From Bacteroidia bacterium (GTDB lineage Bacteria > Bacteroidota > Bacteroidia > M30B66): a stretch of 64,000 bases of DNA. Made by a program: the position numbers and the translations under genes. Each line of letters begins with the position of its first letter. Within the stretch, counting starts at the first letter, position 1. Shown here piece by piece: positions 42,643-53,600 of the stretch. The notes under the pieces were generated by a model. The model made no database searches. It saw only the letters and a program-made list of their open reading frames with translations, and was not told the DNA's origin. The stretch is from contig OZ257142.1 of the NCBI GenBank assembly GCA_965279035.1, forward strand, positions 2,464,001 to 2,528,000, in the 5' to 3' direction.

Positions 42643-43758
42643 TTATTTAGCTACTGAAGGATGAACAGCTTTTCCTTGGTAAACGATTAAAGATCCTTTG
42701 GTGATTTCTTCATCCATTTCCCAATTGAATTTGTCTTTATCAGCTAAATGATATAAAAACGTACTGATGTTTTTTGCGTAGAGTTGACTTGCATTTAATG
42801 GAAGTAAAGAAGGAAGATTTGATTCTCCAATCAGAGTTACTCCATGTTTTACAACAGTTTGATTGAGTTCAGAAATTTCACAATTTCCACCTTGTTCAAC
42901 AGCCATATCCACGATAACAGAACCTGCTTTCATCGATTTCACCATGTCTTCGGTTATTAATCGTGGAGCTTTTTTTCCTGGGATCAAAGCAGTAGTAATC
43001 ACTATATCGGCATCGGCCACGTGTTTTCCAACAAGCTCTTGCTGTTTACGAAGAAAATCTTCCGACACTTCTTTTACATAACCGCCTTCTGTTTTCATGG
43101 AATCATCGCCTTTCAATTCGATGAAATATCCACCCAAACTTTGAACTTGCTCTTTAGTTTCGGGACGAATATCGCTCACTTCGACAATTGCTCCAAGACG
43201 TTTTGCTGTTGCAATGGCTTGCAATCCAGCAACACCAGCACCCATGATAAGCACTTTGGAAGGCTTAACCGTTCCAGCAGCGGTCATCAACATGGGAAAT
43301 ATTTTTCCTAAAGTATTGGCAGCTAGAATCACTGTTTTATATCCGGCGAGGTTGCTTTGAGAACTCAATGCATCCATTTTTTGTGCACGAGAAATTCGAG
43401 GAACGGCATCCATCGAAAATGCATTTACTCCAGCATTTACTAATGCTGAAACAGTTTCGGGAGTAGTTGCAGCAAATAAGAAGCTGATTAAGACAGCGTC
43501 TTTTTTCATTAAAGAAATATCTTCAACCAAAGGAGCATTCACTGCTAAAACAACATCGGCATCAGAATAAACTGATTTTCCATCGGTTAATTTGGCTCCG
43601 GCAGCTTCGTATATTGAATCGGCTAGAAAGGATTTTTCTCCAGCTCCTCGTTCAACAATCACCGAAAAGCCTTTTCCAACAAGTTCTTTCACCACTTCTG
43701 GTGTAATGGAAACCCGGTTTTCGCGGGCTTTTTTCTCTTTAGGTACAGCAAGAATCAC
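42643..43758 (-). CDS. pntA: NAD(P) transhydrogenase subunit alpha, part 1
   Basis: ENRVSITP, PRISRAQKMDALSSQ, GAGVAGLQA, TTALIPG. Confidence 0.96.
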   Translation of the reverse strand: MILAVPKEKKARENRVSITPEVVKELVGKGFSVIVERGAGEKSFLADSIYEAAGAKLTDGKSVYSDADVVLAVNAPLVEDISLMKKDAVLISFLFAATTPETVSALVNAGVNAFSMDAVPRISRAQKMDALSSQSNLAGYKTVILAANTLGKIFPMLMTAAGTVKPSKVLIMGAGVAGLQAIATAKRLGAIVEVSDIRPETKEQVQSLGGYFIELKGDDSMKTEGGYVKEVSEDFLRKQQELVGKHVADADIVITTALIPGKKAPRLITEDMVKSMKAGSVIVDMAVEQGGNCEISELNQTVVKHGVTLIGESNLPSLLPLNASQLYAKNISTFLYHLADKDKFNWEMDEEITKGSLIVYQGKAVHPSVAK

Positions 43759-43990
43759 AGGCGTTGCATTTGCGACAAAAATAGAAGAAATGCAACAACA
43801 GCAACAAAATTTGAAATTATCCTTGAACAGTTTAGAATCATTATAGATTACGGCCTAATGGAGAAGAATTTTCAAGTTCGCTTGATTGAAATTTAATATG
43901 AAATGAGAATTAAGTTCACATAAAGAATGTCAAAGTGTAGAATGAAATTCGAAAAATCTGAACGTAATTTGTGCTTGATTTCAAACCCGA

Positions 43991-44362
43991 ATGGAAATAA
44001 ATAAGCCGATCACTTTGGTCGTTGGTGCTAGTACTAATCCTGAACGATATGCATTTCGTGCCATCGAAAAACTGCGTGCGAATCACTACCCAGTTCTTGC
44101 ATTTGGTTTAAAAGAAGGACACGTTGGAGATGTGGTAATTTGCAAACAGCTTCCTATGCAAACTGCAATTGACACAATTACTTTATATGTTGGCCCCGAT
44201 CGACAAGCGGAACTCATTGAGCCTTTATTGGATTTAAAACCACGCAGAATAATTTTCAACCCGGGAACAGAAAATCAAGCATTTATTGAACAAGCAGAAC
44301 AAGCTGGTGTTATTGCTGAGATCGCTTGCACTTTGGTTCTTCTTTCCATGCATACTTATTAA
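43991..44362 (+). CDS. CoA-binding protein
   Basis: LVVGAS.NPERY, DTITLYV, IIFNPGTEN, ACTLVLL. Confidence 0.9.
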   Translation: MEINKPITLVVGASTNPERYAFRAIEKLRANHYPVLAFGLKEGHVGDVVICKQLPMQTAIDTITLYVGPDRQAELIEPLLDLKPRRIIFNPGTENQAFIEQAEQAGVIAEIACTLVLLSMHTY

Positions 44363-44391
44363 TACGCTTAAGAAACTACTTTGAATTATCG

Positions 44392-46764
44392 ATGTTTTTA
44401 AAATTGAATACCGCTTCTCGATTTTTGTTTTTGTTTTTGCTTTTTCCGCTGCTGAATCAAGCTCAAGTAAAATATACATTAAGTGGTTATGTAAAAGATG
44501 CTACAACTGGTGAGTTTCTTCCCGGAGCCAATGTATATCTCAAAGAGAATATGCAAGGTACAACAACCAATGGCTATGGATTTTATTCTTTAACAGTTCC
44601 TTCGGGAAATTACACTTTAGGCGTTTCATTTATTGGTTACACAGAATACACAACTACCATAAAACTTAACGGGAATCAACGGATTAACATTACGTTGTCT
44701 CCTAAAATGATTCAAACTAAAGAAGTAGAAATAACAGATAAACGTATTGAGAATAATGTGAAAAGTACCGATATGGGGCGTGTTGAATTATCGGTAGAAA
44801 AGATGAAGAAACTACCTGCTTTCTTTGGTGAAGTGGATTTAGTTAAAATAGTGCAACTCATTCCGGGAGTTAAAAACGCAGGTGAAGGAAATACAGGTTT
44901 GTATGTGCGTGGTGGTGGTCCAGATCAAAATCTAGTATTATTAGATGAAGCAGTCGTTTATAATGCTGCTCACTTGCTCGGATTTTTTTCGGTGTTTAAT
45001 TCAGATGCAGTTAAAACTGTTGATTTACATAAAGGCGGAATGCCCGCTCAATATGGTGGTCGCTTAGCTTCGGTGCTCGACATCAGTATGAAAGAAGGAA
45101 ATAATCAGAAGTATAAGGTGGATGGAGGAATTGGAGTGATTGCTTCCCGATTAACAGTTCAAGGTCCAATTAAGAAAGATACTTCTTCGTTTATTATTTC
45201 TGCACGCAGAACCTATATCGATGCTGTAACCAAACCATTCATCAAAAGTACTTCCCCTACCAAAGGATCTGGCTATTATTTTTATGACCTCAATACCAAG
45301 ATAAATTACCGATTGAGTGATAAAGACCGCTTTTTTATTTCAGGGTATTTCGGTCGGGATGTTTTTCAATTTAAAAGCACCAAGAGCAATTTCAACATTC
45401 GAATTCCTTGGGGAAATGCAACCGTTTCGACTCGATGGAACCACTTGTTTAGCAATAAATTATTTCTCAATACATCCTTGATTTTTTCAGATTATCACTT
45501 CGAGTCGAACATTCAACAAACTGCTTTCAACATCAAGTTTGCATCGGGAGTTCGAGATTACAATGGGAAGCTTGATTTTACTTGGTATCCAAACGTTCGA
45601 CATACCGTAAAGTTTGGAACGAATTATATTTTCCACCGATTTTCTCCCAATAATACCAGCGGCGATATTGCTGGCGAAGCATTAGATTTTGGACCGAAAG
45701 TGTATTTGTATGCTCATGAAGCTGCCGCATACATTGGTGATGATTATGATATCAGCGAAAAATTGAGAATCCACGGTGGTTTGCGCGCTTCTTGGTTTGG
45801 ACAAGTTGGTCCGTATACACAATACAATAAGAATTCATTGGATCAAAAAACAGATTCGGTTAATTACAGCAAAGGAAAACTCATTAAGCAATATCCGAAT
45901 GTTGAACCACGATTGATGTTGCGCTATACCTTGAATAAAAATTCCTCCATCAAAGCTTCGTATACTCAGAATTACCAATACATACATATTACTTCTTTAG
46001 CGAATCAGAGTTTACCAACTGATCTTTGGTTTCCATGCACCAATCGCGTGAAACCACAATTTGGCACACAATATTCCTTAGGCTATTATCGAAATTTTAA
46101 AGAGAATGCTTGGGAAACTTCGGTCGAAGCCTATTACAAAACGATGAAGAACCAAATTGAATTTAAAGATGGTACACTTCCTTCGAGTGGCGTGGGCGAT
46201 AATCTCGATAATTACCTCACATTCGGAACTGGACAAGCATACGGAGCTGAGTTTTTTGTGAAAAAAGCCATGGGAAAAACCAATGGTTGGATAGGTTATA
46301 CCTTGTCTTGGACAACACGGAAATTCCCTGAGTTGAATAATGGGAAAACTTATTTTGCTCGTTACGATCGACGACATGATTTATCAATAGTTGTTAGTCA
46401 TGAACTTACTGATAAATGGACATTCGGGGCGGTTTTTGTTTTTGCTTCGGGCAATTTATTATGGCTACCAACCAGCATTTATTATTTTGAAGGGAAGCCC
46501 GTTGTTAATTATGGTGATCGAAATAATTATAGAATGCCTTCGTATCATCGCTTAGATTTATCGGCAACGTATACACCAATTACAAATCGAAAATTGAAAT
46601 CGAGTTGGAATTTCTCAATATACAATGTGTATAGCCGGCTAAATCCATACTTCATATATATAGAAACTTCAGGCAGTCCTTTATCGGGTGATTTGAAAAA
46701 CTCAGCTAAAAAGGTTTCTCTTTTCCCTATCATTCCTACGGTCACTTATAATTTCAGTTTTTGA
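44392..46764 (+). CDS. TonB-dependent receptor
   Basis: Carboxypeptidase-regulatory-like N-domain, plug VRGGGPDQN, YGGRLASV, terminal YNFSF. Confidence 0.93.
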   Translation: MFLKLNTASRFLFLFLLFPLLNQAQVKYTLSGYVKDATTGEFLPGANVYLKENMQGTTTNGYGFYSLTVPSGNYTLGVSFIGYTEYTTTIKLNGNQRINITLSPKMIQTKEVEITDKRIENNVKSTDMGRVELSVEKMKKLPAFFGEVDLVKIVQLIPGVKNAGEGNTGLYVRGGGPDQNLVLLDEAVVYNAAHLLGFFSVFNSDAVKTVDLHKGGMPAQYGGRLASVLDISMKEGNNQKYKVDGGIGVIASRLTVQGPIKKDTSSFIISARRTYIDAVTKPFIKSTSPTKGSGYYFYDLNTKINYRLSDKDRFFISGYFGRDVFQFKSTKSNFNIRIPWGNATVSTRWNHLFSNKLFLNTSLIFSDYHFESNIQQTAFNIKFASGVRDYNGKLDFTWYPNVRHTVKFGTNYIFHRFSPNNTSGDIAGEALDFGPKVYLYAHEAAAYIGDDYDISEKLRIHGGLRASWFGQVGPYTQYNKNSLDQKTDSVNYSKGKLIKQYPNVEPRLMLRYTLNKNSSIKASYTQNYQYIHITSLANQSLPTDLWFPCTNRVKPQFGTQYSLGYYRNFKENAWETSVEAYYKTMKNQIEFKDGTLPSSGVGDNLDNYLTFGTGQAYGAEFFVKKAMGKTNGWIGYTLSWTTRKFPELNNGKTYFARYDRRHDLSIVVSHELTDKWTFGAVFVFASGNLLWLPTSIYYFEGKPVVNYGDRNNYRMPSYHRLDLSATYTPITNRKLKSSWNFSIYNVYSRLNPYFIYIETSGSPLSGDLKNSAKKVSLFPIIPTVTYNFSF

Positions 46765-47648
46765 TGAAGGTCTTTTATCGATTGATTTTTACTGGATTTA
46801 TTCTGGTCTCGTTTTCATCTTGTGAGCGTGATATACAAATTGACTTGCCCGATTCGGAGGAATTGATTGTAGTTGAAGGAAGTATTGAACCAGGTGAATC
46901 ACCCATTATTGCATTAACACGAAACAGAGGTTTTTTCGATAATTTTCCAACGAACCTTGAGGGTTTTATTAATGAGTTTGTGATTCAAGATGCAGTTGTG
47001 ATTGTAAGTGATGGACAAACAAGTGAGCAACTAACGTTTGTTGTAAATCCAATGGCTTACCCTTATTTCTATTATACCGGAAATAATCTTAAAGGTGAAA
47101 TAGGAAAGACCTATTCTTTAACCATCATTTCGAATGGTAAAACAATTACTTCATCCACACATATTTCTGCTGCCGTTCCCATCGATTCCACTTGGTATGG
47201 ATTGAATCCATTCGATTCAACGGAAGATAGTTTAGGTGTAGCTTACCTTAGTATAACTGATCCCGATTCGATAGGAAATGCGTATCGTTTGTTTGCCAAG
47301 AAAAAAGAAGAAGGTGGATTTAATCAAGTAGCTGGTTCTGAATTTAACGATGATTACGTCAATGGTCAAAAGGTGATTTTCTTTGCAGGACAAGGCGATA
47401 AACCCTTTGTAACGTCCGACACCTTTGTACCATTAAATTACTTCTATAATATTGGAGATACTATCATTTTAAAATTTTGCTCTATTGGTAGTAAAGAATT
47501 GAAGTTCTTTTATACGATGGATGCTGCGCTCAATTCGAATGGAAATCCCTTTGCTGCACCAACCATTGTGAAATCGAATGTGAAAGGTGGATTGGGTGTT
47601 TGGTGTGGATATTCGCCTTCATACGACACCCTAATCGCCATCAAGTAA
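46764..47648 (+). CDS. DUF4249 family lipoprotein
   Basis: Lipobox FSSC, VVEGSI, SNVKGGLGVW; TGATG coupling to the receptor gene. Confidence 0.85.
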   Translation: MKVFYRLIFTGFILVSFSSCERDIQIDLPDSEELIVVEGSIEPGESPIIALTRNRGFFDNFPTNLEGFINEFVIQDAVVIVSDGQTSEQLTFVVNPMAYPYFYYTGNNLKGEIGKTYSLTIISNGKTITSSTHISAAVPIDSTWYGLNPFDSTEDSLGVAYLSITDPDSIGNAYRLFAKKKEEGGFNQVAGSEFNDDYVNGQKVIFFAGQGDKPFVTSDTFVPLNYFYNIGDTIILKFCSIGSKELKFFYTMDAALNSNGNPFAAPTIVKSNVKGGLGVWCGYSPSYDTLIAIK

Positions 47649-47663
47649 TTGTATATTTGCCTT

Positions 47664-48614
47664 ATGAATACAAACGAAAACGAACATGTAGAATGCCTGA
47701 TTATTGGATCAGGACCGGCTGGGTATACAGCAGCTATTTATGCTGCTCGTGCTGATATGAAACCATTGATGTATCAAGGATTGCAACCAGGTGGACAACT
47801 AACCATTACCACCGAAGTAGATAATTTTCCTGGATATCCGAATGGTGTGGATGGAACTAAAATGATGGAAGATTTATTGGCTCAAGCCCAACGTTTTGGG
47901 ACTGATGTTCGTTTTGGTTTGGCTACAAAAGTTGATTTCTCAGGACCAATTCACAAAGTGTGGATGGATGAAACAAAGCTGATTACAGCCAATACAGTAA
48001 TAATTGCTACTGGAGCGTCGGCCAAATGGTTGGGAATAGAATCAGAAAGTAAATACAATGGCTTTGGTGTTTCGGCTTGTGCTGTGTGTGATGGATTCTT
48101 TTACCGCGGACAAGAAGTTGCCATTGTTGGTGGTGGCGATACAGCTGCAGAAGAAGCAACCTACTTAGCTAAGTTGTGCAAGAAAGTAACAATGATAATT
48201 CGTCGGGATGAATTGCGTGCTTCCAAAGCCATGCAACATCGCGTATTTAATACTCCGAACATTGAAGTGTTATTCAATACCGAAACCATTGAAATTACTG
48301 GAGAACAATCGGTAAGTGGTGCTCGATTCCGGAATCGAATTACGGGAGAAGAAACATCCATTGCTATTACAGGTTTCTTTGTAGCCATTGGACATGAACC
48401 CAATTCTGGAATCTTTAAAGAGTTTTTAGATTTGGATGAAAATGGCTATATCAAAACCATTCCGGGTAGTTCTCGCACCAATGTGGAAGGTGTTTTTGCC
48501 TGCGGCGATGTGCAAGATCATATTTACCGTCAAGCAGTTACAGCAGCAGGAAGTGGTTGCATGGCTGCTTTAGATGCCGAACGCTATTTAGCAACTGTTG
48601 GAATAGAAGCTTAA
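47664..48614 (+). CDS. trxB: Thioredoxin-disulfide reductase
   Basis: GSGPAGYTAA, GGQL, CAVCDG, GGGDTA, YRQAVTAAG. Confidence 0.97.
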   Translation: MNTNENEHVECLIIGSGPAGYTAAIYAARADMKPLMYQGLQPGGQLTITTEVDNFPGYPNGVDGTKMMEDLLAQAQRFGTDVRFGLATKVDFSGPIHKVWMDETKLITANTVIIATGASAKWLGIESESKYNGFGVSACAVCDGFFYRGQEVAIVGGGDTAAEEATYLAKLCKKVTMIIRRDELRASKAMQHRVFNTPNIEVLFNTETIEITGEQSVSGARFRNRITGEETSIAITGFFVAIGHEPNSGIFKEFLDLDENGYIKTIPGSSRTNVEGVFACGDVQDHIYRQAVTAAGSGCMAALDAERYLATVGIEA

Positions 48615-48632
48615 TTTTTAAAAAGACTTATG

Positions 48633-48662
48633 AGCCATGTAGATAATCTGCATGGCTTTTTT
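48633..48662 (+). terminator. Intrinsic terminator
   Basis: AGCCATGTAGAT-a-ATCTGCATGGCT-TTTTT after trxB. Confidence 0.8.
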
Positions 48663-48840
48663 ATGCCTTGAAAATTCTTCATAGAAATTCCTTTTTTGAA
48701 AGCACAATTCATGTATTATTGATGATGTTTTGAATGTGCACAGTGCCTGAGCGGTTGAGGCGGCACCTTGTATAGCCGAAGACGCGACCTTTTTTGAGTT
48801 TGGGCAATTCGCGTGGAAAAAAAGGGCAGGCCCCCTTAAA

Positions 48841-50040
48841 TTAATTCACCGAAATCTTTTGGTAACAAGGCTTCTGCCCTACTTTATGGATTTCGATTAT
48901 ATAAAAACCAATAGTTAATTGAGTTGGAATTGAGCTAGTTTTTTGTTGAATCAAGCGACCTGAAAAATCCCAGATTTTCCAATCAGAAAGTTCAGATAGA
49001 TTCTGCTGAACCTGCGACCATTCCTGACAATCCGTAGATTTTTCTAAATGATAAATTCCATTGTATGCGTTAGATGGATCTATTTCGATATCGACAACCA
49101 CGGGTAAATGATCGCTCAAATTGTGCAAAGCTTGAATGACAGAATCGGGCGCACTTGTATTGGTTGGCGGACTGATAATCGCAAGATTGTAATGATTTCC
49201 ATCGTTACCAAAAGCGCCATAGGTTTCGGGCAAAATACGTAAACCATGCGTTCCGTTGAGCACGTCTTCGGTACTGAGAATGAAGTCGAAACGATCGTCG
49301 AGTCCACCTGCTATTCCACTATCGAAACTTGTTGTTCGTGGACTTTGCGTATGAATGTCTTTGAAGGAAGTATTATTACTCCAATTACCGGGGCGATTGA
49401 TTGGATCGAAAAACTGACCGATTCCGGGAGCTAATAAATTTTGGTAAGCTAGTTCGGAGCTTGAATACAGATTGAAATCACCATTCATGAATGTGTTGAA
49501 CACTCCGGGGCGATTAGCTAAATCGGTTCGAATAGCTGCAGTTTGATTGGCGCGTTCGGCTTCGTTGTCGCTGCCCTGACTTGATTTCAAATGAGCCACA
49601 TATACGGTAAAGAACACAGTATCGGGATATTGGGTAAAATCCTGATCACGGAAATAGAGGTAATAAATAAAGGTTTTGCGCGGTAATGTGTAGATATACC
49701 TGTATTTGCTATATCCGATGCGGTGTTTATTGTAGAATAAAGCATTGCCAATAGAAAAATCGTAGATATAAGGAGCGGCGGCGTAAATAGATGTATCAAG
49801 CCCTTGCGACATAAGTGTATCGATGGCTTGTTGACCGATCATTTCGTTACAAGAAATCACATCGGGTTGAATATACCTAGAGATTGGTTTCATGTTGACA
49901 CCTTTGAGCGGATTGGCTTCGGGAAACATGAGCATATTGTATTGCATCATACGAATGGTATCCTTTTGAGCAAAGGAATTTAGGTTGAGCAATACGAAAA
50001 TGGAGCAAAAAAAGAGGTACTTCACAAGGTAAAGGAACAA
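48841..50040 (-). CDS. Secreted endonuclease/exonuclease/phosphatase family protein (start uncertain)
   Basis: YN, PDVISCNE, HLKS, GDFN, DRFDFI, SDHLPV; remnant CTD at the C-terminus. Confidence 0.85.
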   Translation of the reverse strand: MFLYLVKYLFFCSIFVLLNLNSFAQKDTIRMMQYNMLMFPEANPLKGVNMKPISRYIQPDVISCNEMIGQQAIDTLMSQGLDTSIYAAAPYIYDFSIGNALFYNKHRIGYSKYRYIYTLPRKTFIYYLYFRDQDFTQYPDTVFFTVYVAHLKSSQGSDNEAERANQTAAIRTDLANRPGVFNTFMNGDFNLYSSSELAYQNLLAPGIGQFFDPINRPGNWSNNTSFKDIHTQSPRTTSFDSGIAGGLDDRFDFILSTEDVLNGTHGLRILPETYGAFGNDGNHYNLAIISPPTNTSAPDSVIQALHNLSDHLPVVVDIEIDPSNAYNGIYHLEKSTDCQEWSQVQQNLSELSDWKIWDFSGRLIQQKTSSIPTQLTIGFYIIEIHKVGQKPCYQKISVN

Positions 50041-50072
50041 CGAATGGATGGATTTACGAATTTTGTAATAGC

Positions 50073-50609
50073 ATGTTAAATCAAGATTTAATCGAGCGTT
50101 TAAAAACCCACTGGTCTTCTAGAGGTGTAGAAATTATTGCTCGAGAATGCATACATGACCCAGCTTTATTGGATGATTTGGTTAATATCATGTTGGATGG
50201 AAAGCCACGTGAACAGCAGCAATCGGCATGGTCTGTTGCTAAAATAAGTGATACACATGCTCATTTGTTTTTACCGTATACCGAACGTTTAATTGAGCAT
50301 TTAGCCAATCCGGGGCATCCATCAGTCATACGAAATACACTACGCATTTGGATGTTTGCATTACCAGATGAGAGCTATCATGGACGTATCACACAACTTT
50401 GCTTTGAGGTTTTAAATGATCGCTCTAAACAACCTGCCTGCAGGGCATTTGCGATGCATGTCTTAGGACATATTTGTGAACTTTATCCTGAATTGTGGAA
50501 TGAATTAAAGAGCATTATTCAATCAGGAATGGAAGTAGAAAATCCTGCCTTTTGTTCAGTTGGAAGAAATCTCTTAAAACATTTTGCCAAGCTCAAAATC
50601 GCTCCATAG
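50073..50609 (+). CDS. Hypothetical HEAT-repeat-like helical protein
   Basis: 178-aa ORF with helical pattern and a YPEL..EL motif. Confidence 0.6.
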   Translation: MLNQDLIERLKTHWSSRGVEIIARECIHDPALLDDLVNIMLDGKPREQQQSAWSVAKISDTHAHLFLPYTERLIEHLANPGHPSVIRNTLRIWMFALPDESYHGRITQLCFEVLNDRSKQPACRAFAMHVLGHICELYPELWNELKSIIQSGMEVENPAFCSVGRNLLKHFAKLKIAP

Positions 50610-50648
50610 TGTATTTAAAACACCCCATTTTTTTGCATCTTTAACCCG

Positions 50649-53600
50649 ATGTTGAAACGATTCATTGTTCCAGTATGTATTTTGTTGATGTGCTTTCCTG
50701 CATGGGGACAGTACATTTCGCGCAGTGAACCGGTTCCTTATAATTGTCCGGTTGTTTGTGTTAGTGGAACATTGACATTAAAGATTCCTCAAATTCAGAA
50801 TTTACCAGCAGGAAGTCAAATTCAAGCATTGCTGTCGAATGCAAGTGGTTCGTTTGCATCGGGAACGCAAGTATTACCAGTTGCCTCGTATAGCACCAAT
50901 ACAGGAACAAGTTGGATAAATGGAACATATACCTTTTCGTCGAATATTAACGATTTATATATTCGAGTAATCATTCCAATTGGAACTACAACTGGTTCTA
51001 ATTATACAATAAAGATTCAAGCATCAACAGGGTATGTTTCGAATGATTTGTTTCAATGTAGCGGAAGTAATACAATCACAATATCACCATATGTGGCGCC
51101 ATTACCTCAAGTTAACCAATCTGATTTTGGAAATGGGGCTTGGATTGGGCATGTTTATACCTGGACACCCACAACCAGTGTTATTTTAAATACACCAGCA
51201 TTGGTTAATGCACAAACGTTTTTTGATCCTATCAATTACCAAGGACATGTATTATATACTCCTTTAGCATTGAATTTATTATTCTCATCTACAGGTGGGG
51301 TTCCAGGTATTTTAAATAATGGAACTAGTATCGATTGCGGAAACTCATTCAACACCGATTTCAGTTTGAGATTGAAACGACAGGAAAATTTCAGTCCCGG
51401 CTATTATCAATTTAGTATTCAGGGTGATGATGGAATTCGTTTGAGTATTGATGGCGGGGCAACCTGGATTTTGGATGCATTTTTAGAACAAACATATTCA
51501 TCGAGTTTTCGGACAACTTTATCAAATTATCCCAATGGGATTTGCCTTTCTGGACCGACCGATTTGGTGATTGAGTATTTTCAACGCCCAGCTGACGCGC
51601 ATTTGAATTTTACATCCACCCTTCAAACGGCCATTAATTTCACACAGCCGACAGCTCAAAGTATTTGCGAAAATGGGAATACGAGTTTTACCTTAGGTCC
51701 TCCAAATGCATCATTAACCTATCAATGGCAAGTTAGTACGGATGCTGGAACTACTTTTTCAGACTTAGTTAATGGTGGAGTTTATTCGGGAGTGAATTCA
51801 TCCACTTTAACACTATCAAATGTCCCCATTTCGATGAGTGGGAATTATTATCAATGTGTGATTACAACTGCTTGTCAAGGGAATATTGTTTCAGGACAAG
51901 CGAGTTTGTCGGTGAGTTCATCTCCTACAATTAGCACACAACCAACTGATCAATCTTGGTGCGCTGGGCAAAACATCGTTTTTACTTCGGGAGCTAGTGG
52001 TTCAGGAGCAAGTTATCAATGGCAGGTTAGTACAAATGGAGGTGCTACTTTTAGCAACATTAATAACAACGCTGTTTATTCGGGTGCTACAACATCTAGT
52101 TTAACTTTAACTAATGCAACAGCATCGTATGTGGGTTATCAATATCAATTAGTGATAAATGGCTGTTCAACAGTCATAACTAGTAATGCAGCAGAAATAC
52201 TTTCGGGAGGAAGCATTACAATAAACCAGCAGCCACAACCGATGACAGTTTGTCAAGGAGATCCAGCAACGATGAGTGTTTCGGTAAGTGGAGGAAGTTC
52301 GTATCAATGGCAAGTGGATGGTGGTTCGGGATTCAATAATGTGAACGATAACAATGGATACAGTGGTTCTCAAACAGCTATTTTATCGTTAATTGGAGCA
52401 GCTACTTCGGTGAATGGATTAGTATACCAATGTATAATTTCGAGTGCGTGTTCAGGAAGTGTACTATCGTCAAGTGCAGTATTAACAGTAAATCCCAATA
52501 CTGGCATTACTCAGCAAGCACAAAATCAATCAATTTGCTCAGGACAAAATGCCACATTTACAATAACTGCGGGAGGTACAGGATTAAGTTATCAGTGGCA
52601 GATTAGCACCGATGGAGGAACAACATTTTCAAATCTCAGTAATGCTGCACCTTTTGCAGGAGTTAATACAACCAATCTAAGTTTAACCGCTCCTGCAGAT
52701 ACATACACTGGTGCAATTTTTCATTGTGTAGTAAGCGGTACTTGTGGTTCAGCTCAAACTTCTATTTCGCGGACATTAACCATTACTAGTTTACCGGTAA
52801 TACAAACACAACCAACGAATCAAAATGGGTGTGAAGGAAGTAGTGTCACCTTTTCGGGGATTTTTTCAGGGAATCCAAGTTTAACCTGGCAAATGAGCAC
52901 CGACAACGGAATTAGCTTCGTGAATGTGGTTGATGGAGGAATCTATTCGGGAAGTAATACCGAGAATTTGACCATTAACTCTATTACAAATTCACTCAAT
53001 CAAACGATTTTTCAGTTAAGTGCGAATGGTTGTGGAACTACTGTTTTAAGTTCAACTGCAACCCTTGACGTTTTACCACTACCAACTATTCAATTAATTA
53101 GTGCTCCTCCACCTGTTTGTCCGGGCGAAGATGTGAGTATAACGGTATCAAGTACCAATGCAGTGAGTTTGCAATGGCAGGTGAATACGAACGGTACTTG
53201 GACTAATGTGGTTGATGGAAGTACGTATGGGGGAACAACTACCGAAACATTGATAATCAATAACATTCCGGCTAGTTTGCAACAGGCATTATTTCGCTGT
53301 ATGGTGATTGGTGCATGTTTACCTGATGTGTATTCGGAAGAAGTGTTGTTGTATTTGAATGGAATTCCTATAATTTCTTCTCAGCCTACTTCACAAGTTG
53401 CATGTTCGGGCGGAACAGTTAGTTTTCCATTAGTTGTTGCAGGAGATGGGATTTCGTATGAATGGCAAATAAAGCAAGATGATGGTACTTATTCGGCATT
53501 GACAAACAACGAACTATTTTCAGGTGTAAACACGTCAAATTTGGTTGTTGCTGGCGCGAATGAAGTGGATGGAATTACGATTCGTTGTCAGTTGAGTGGT

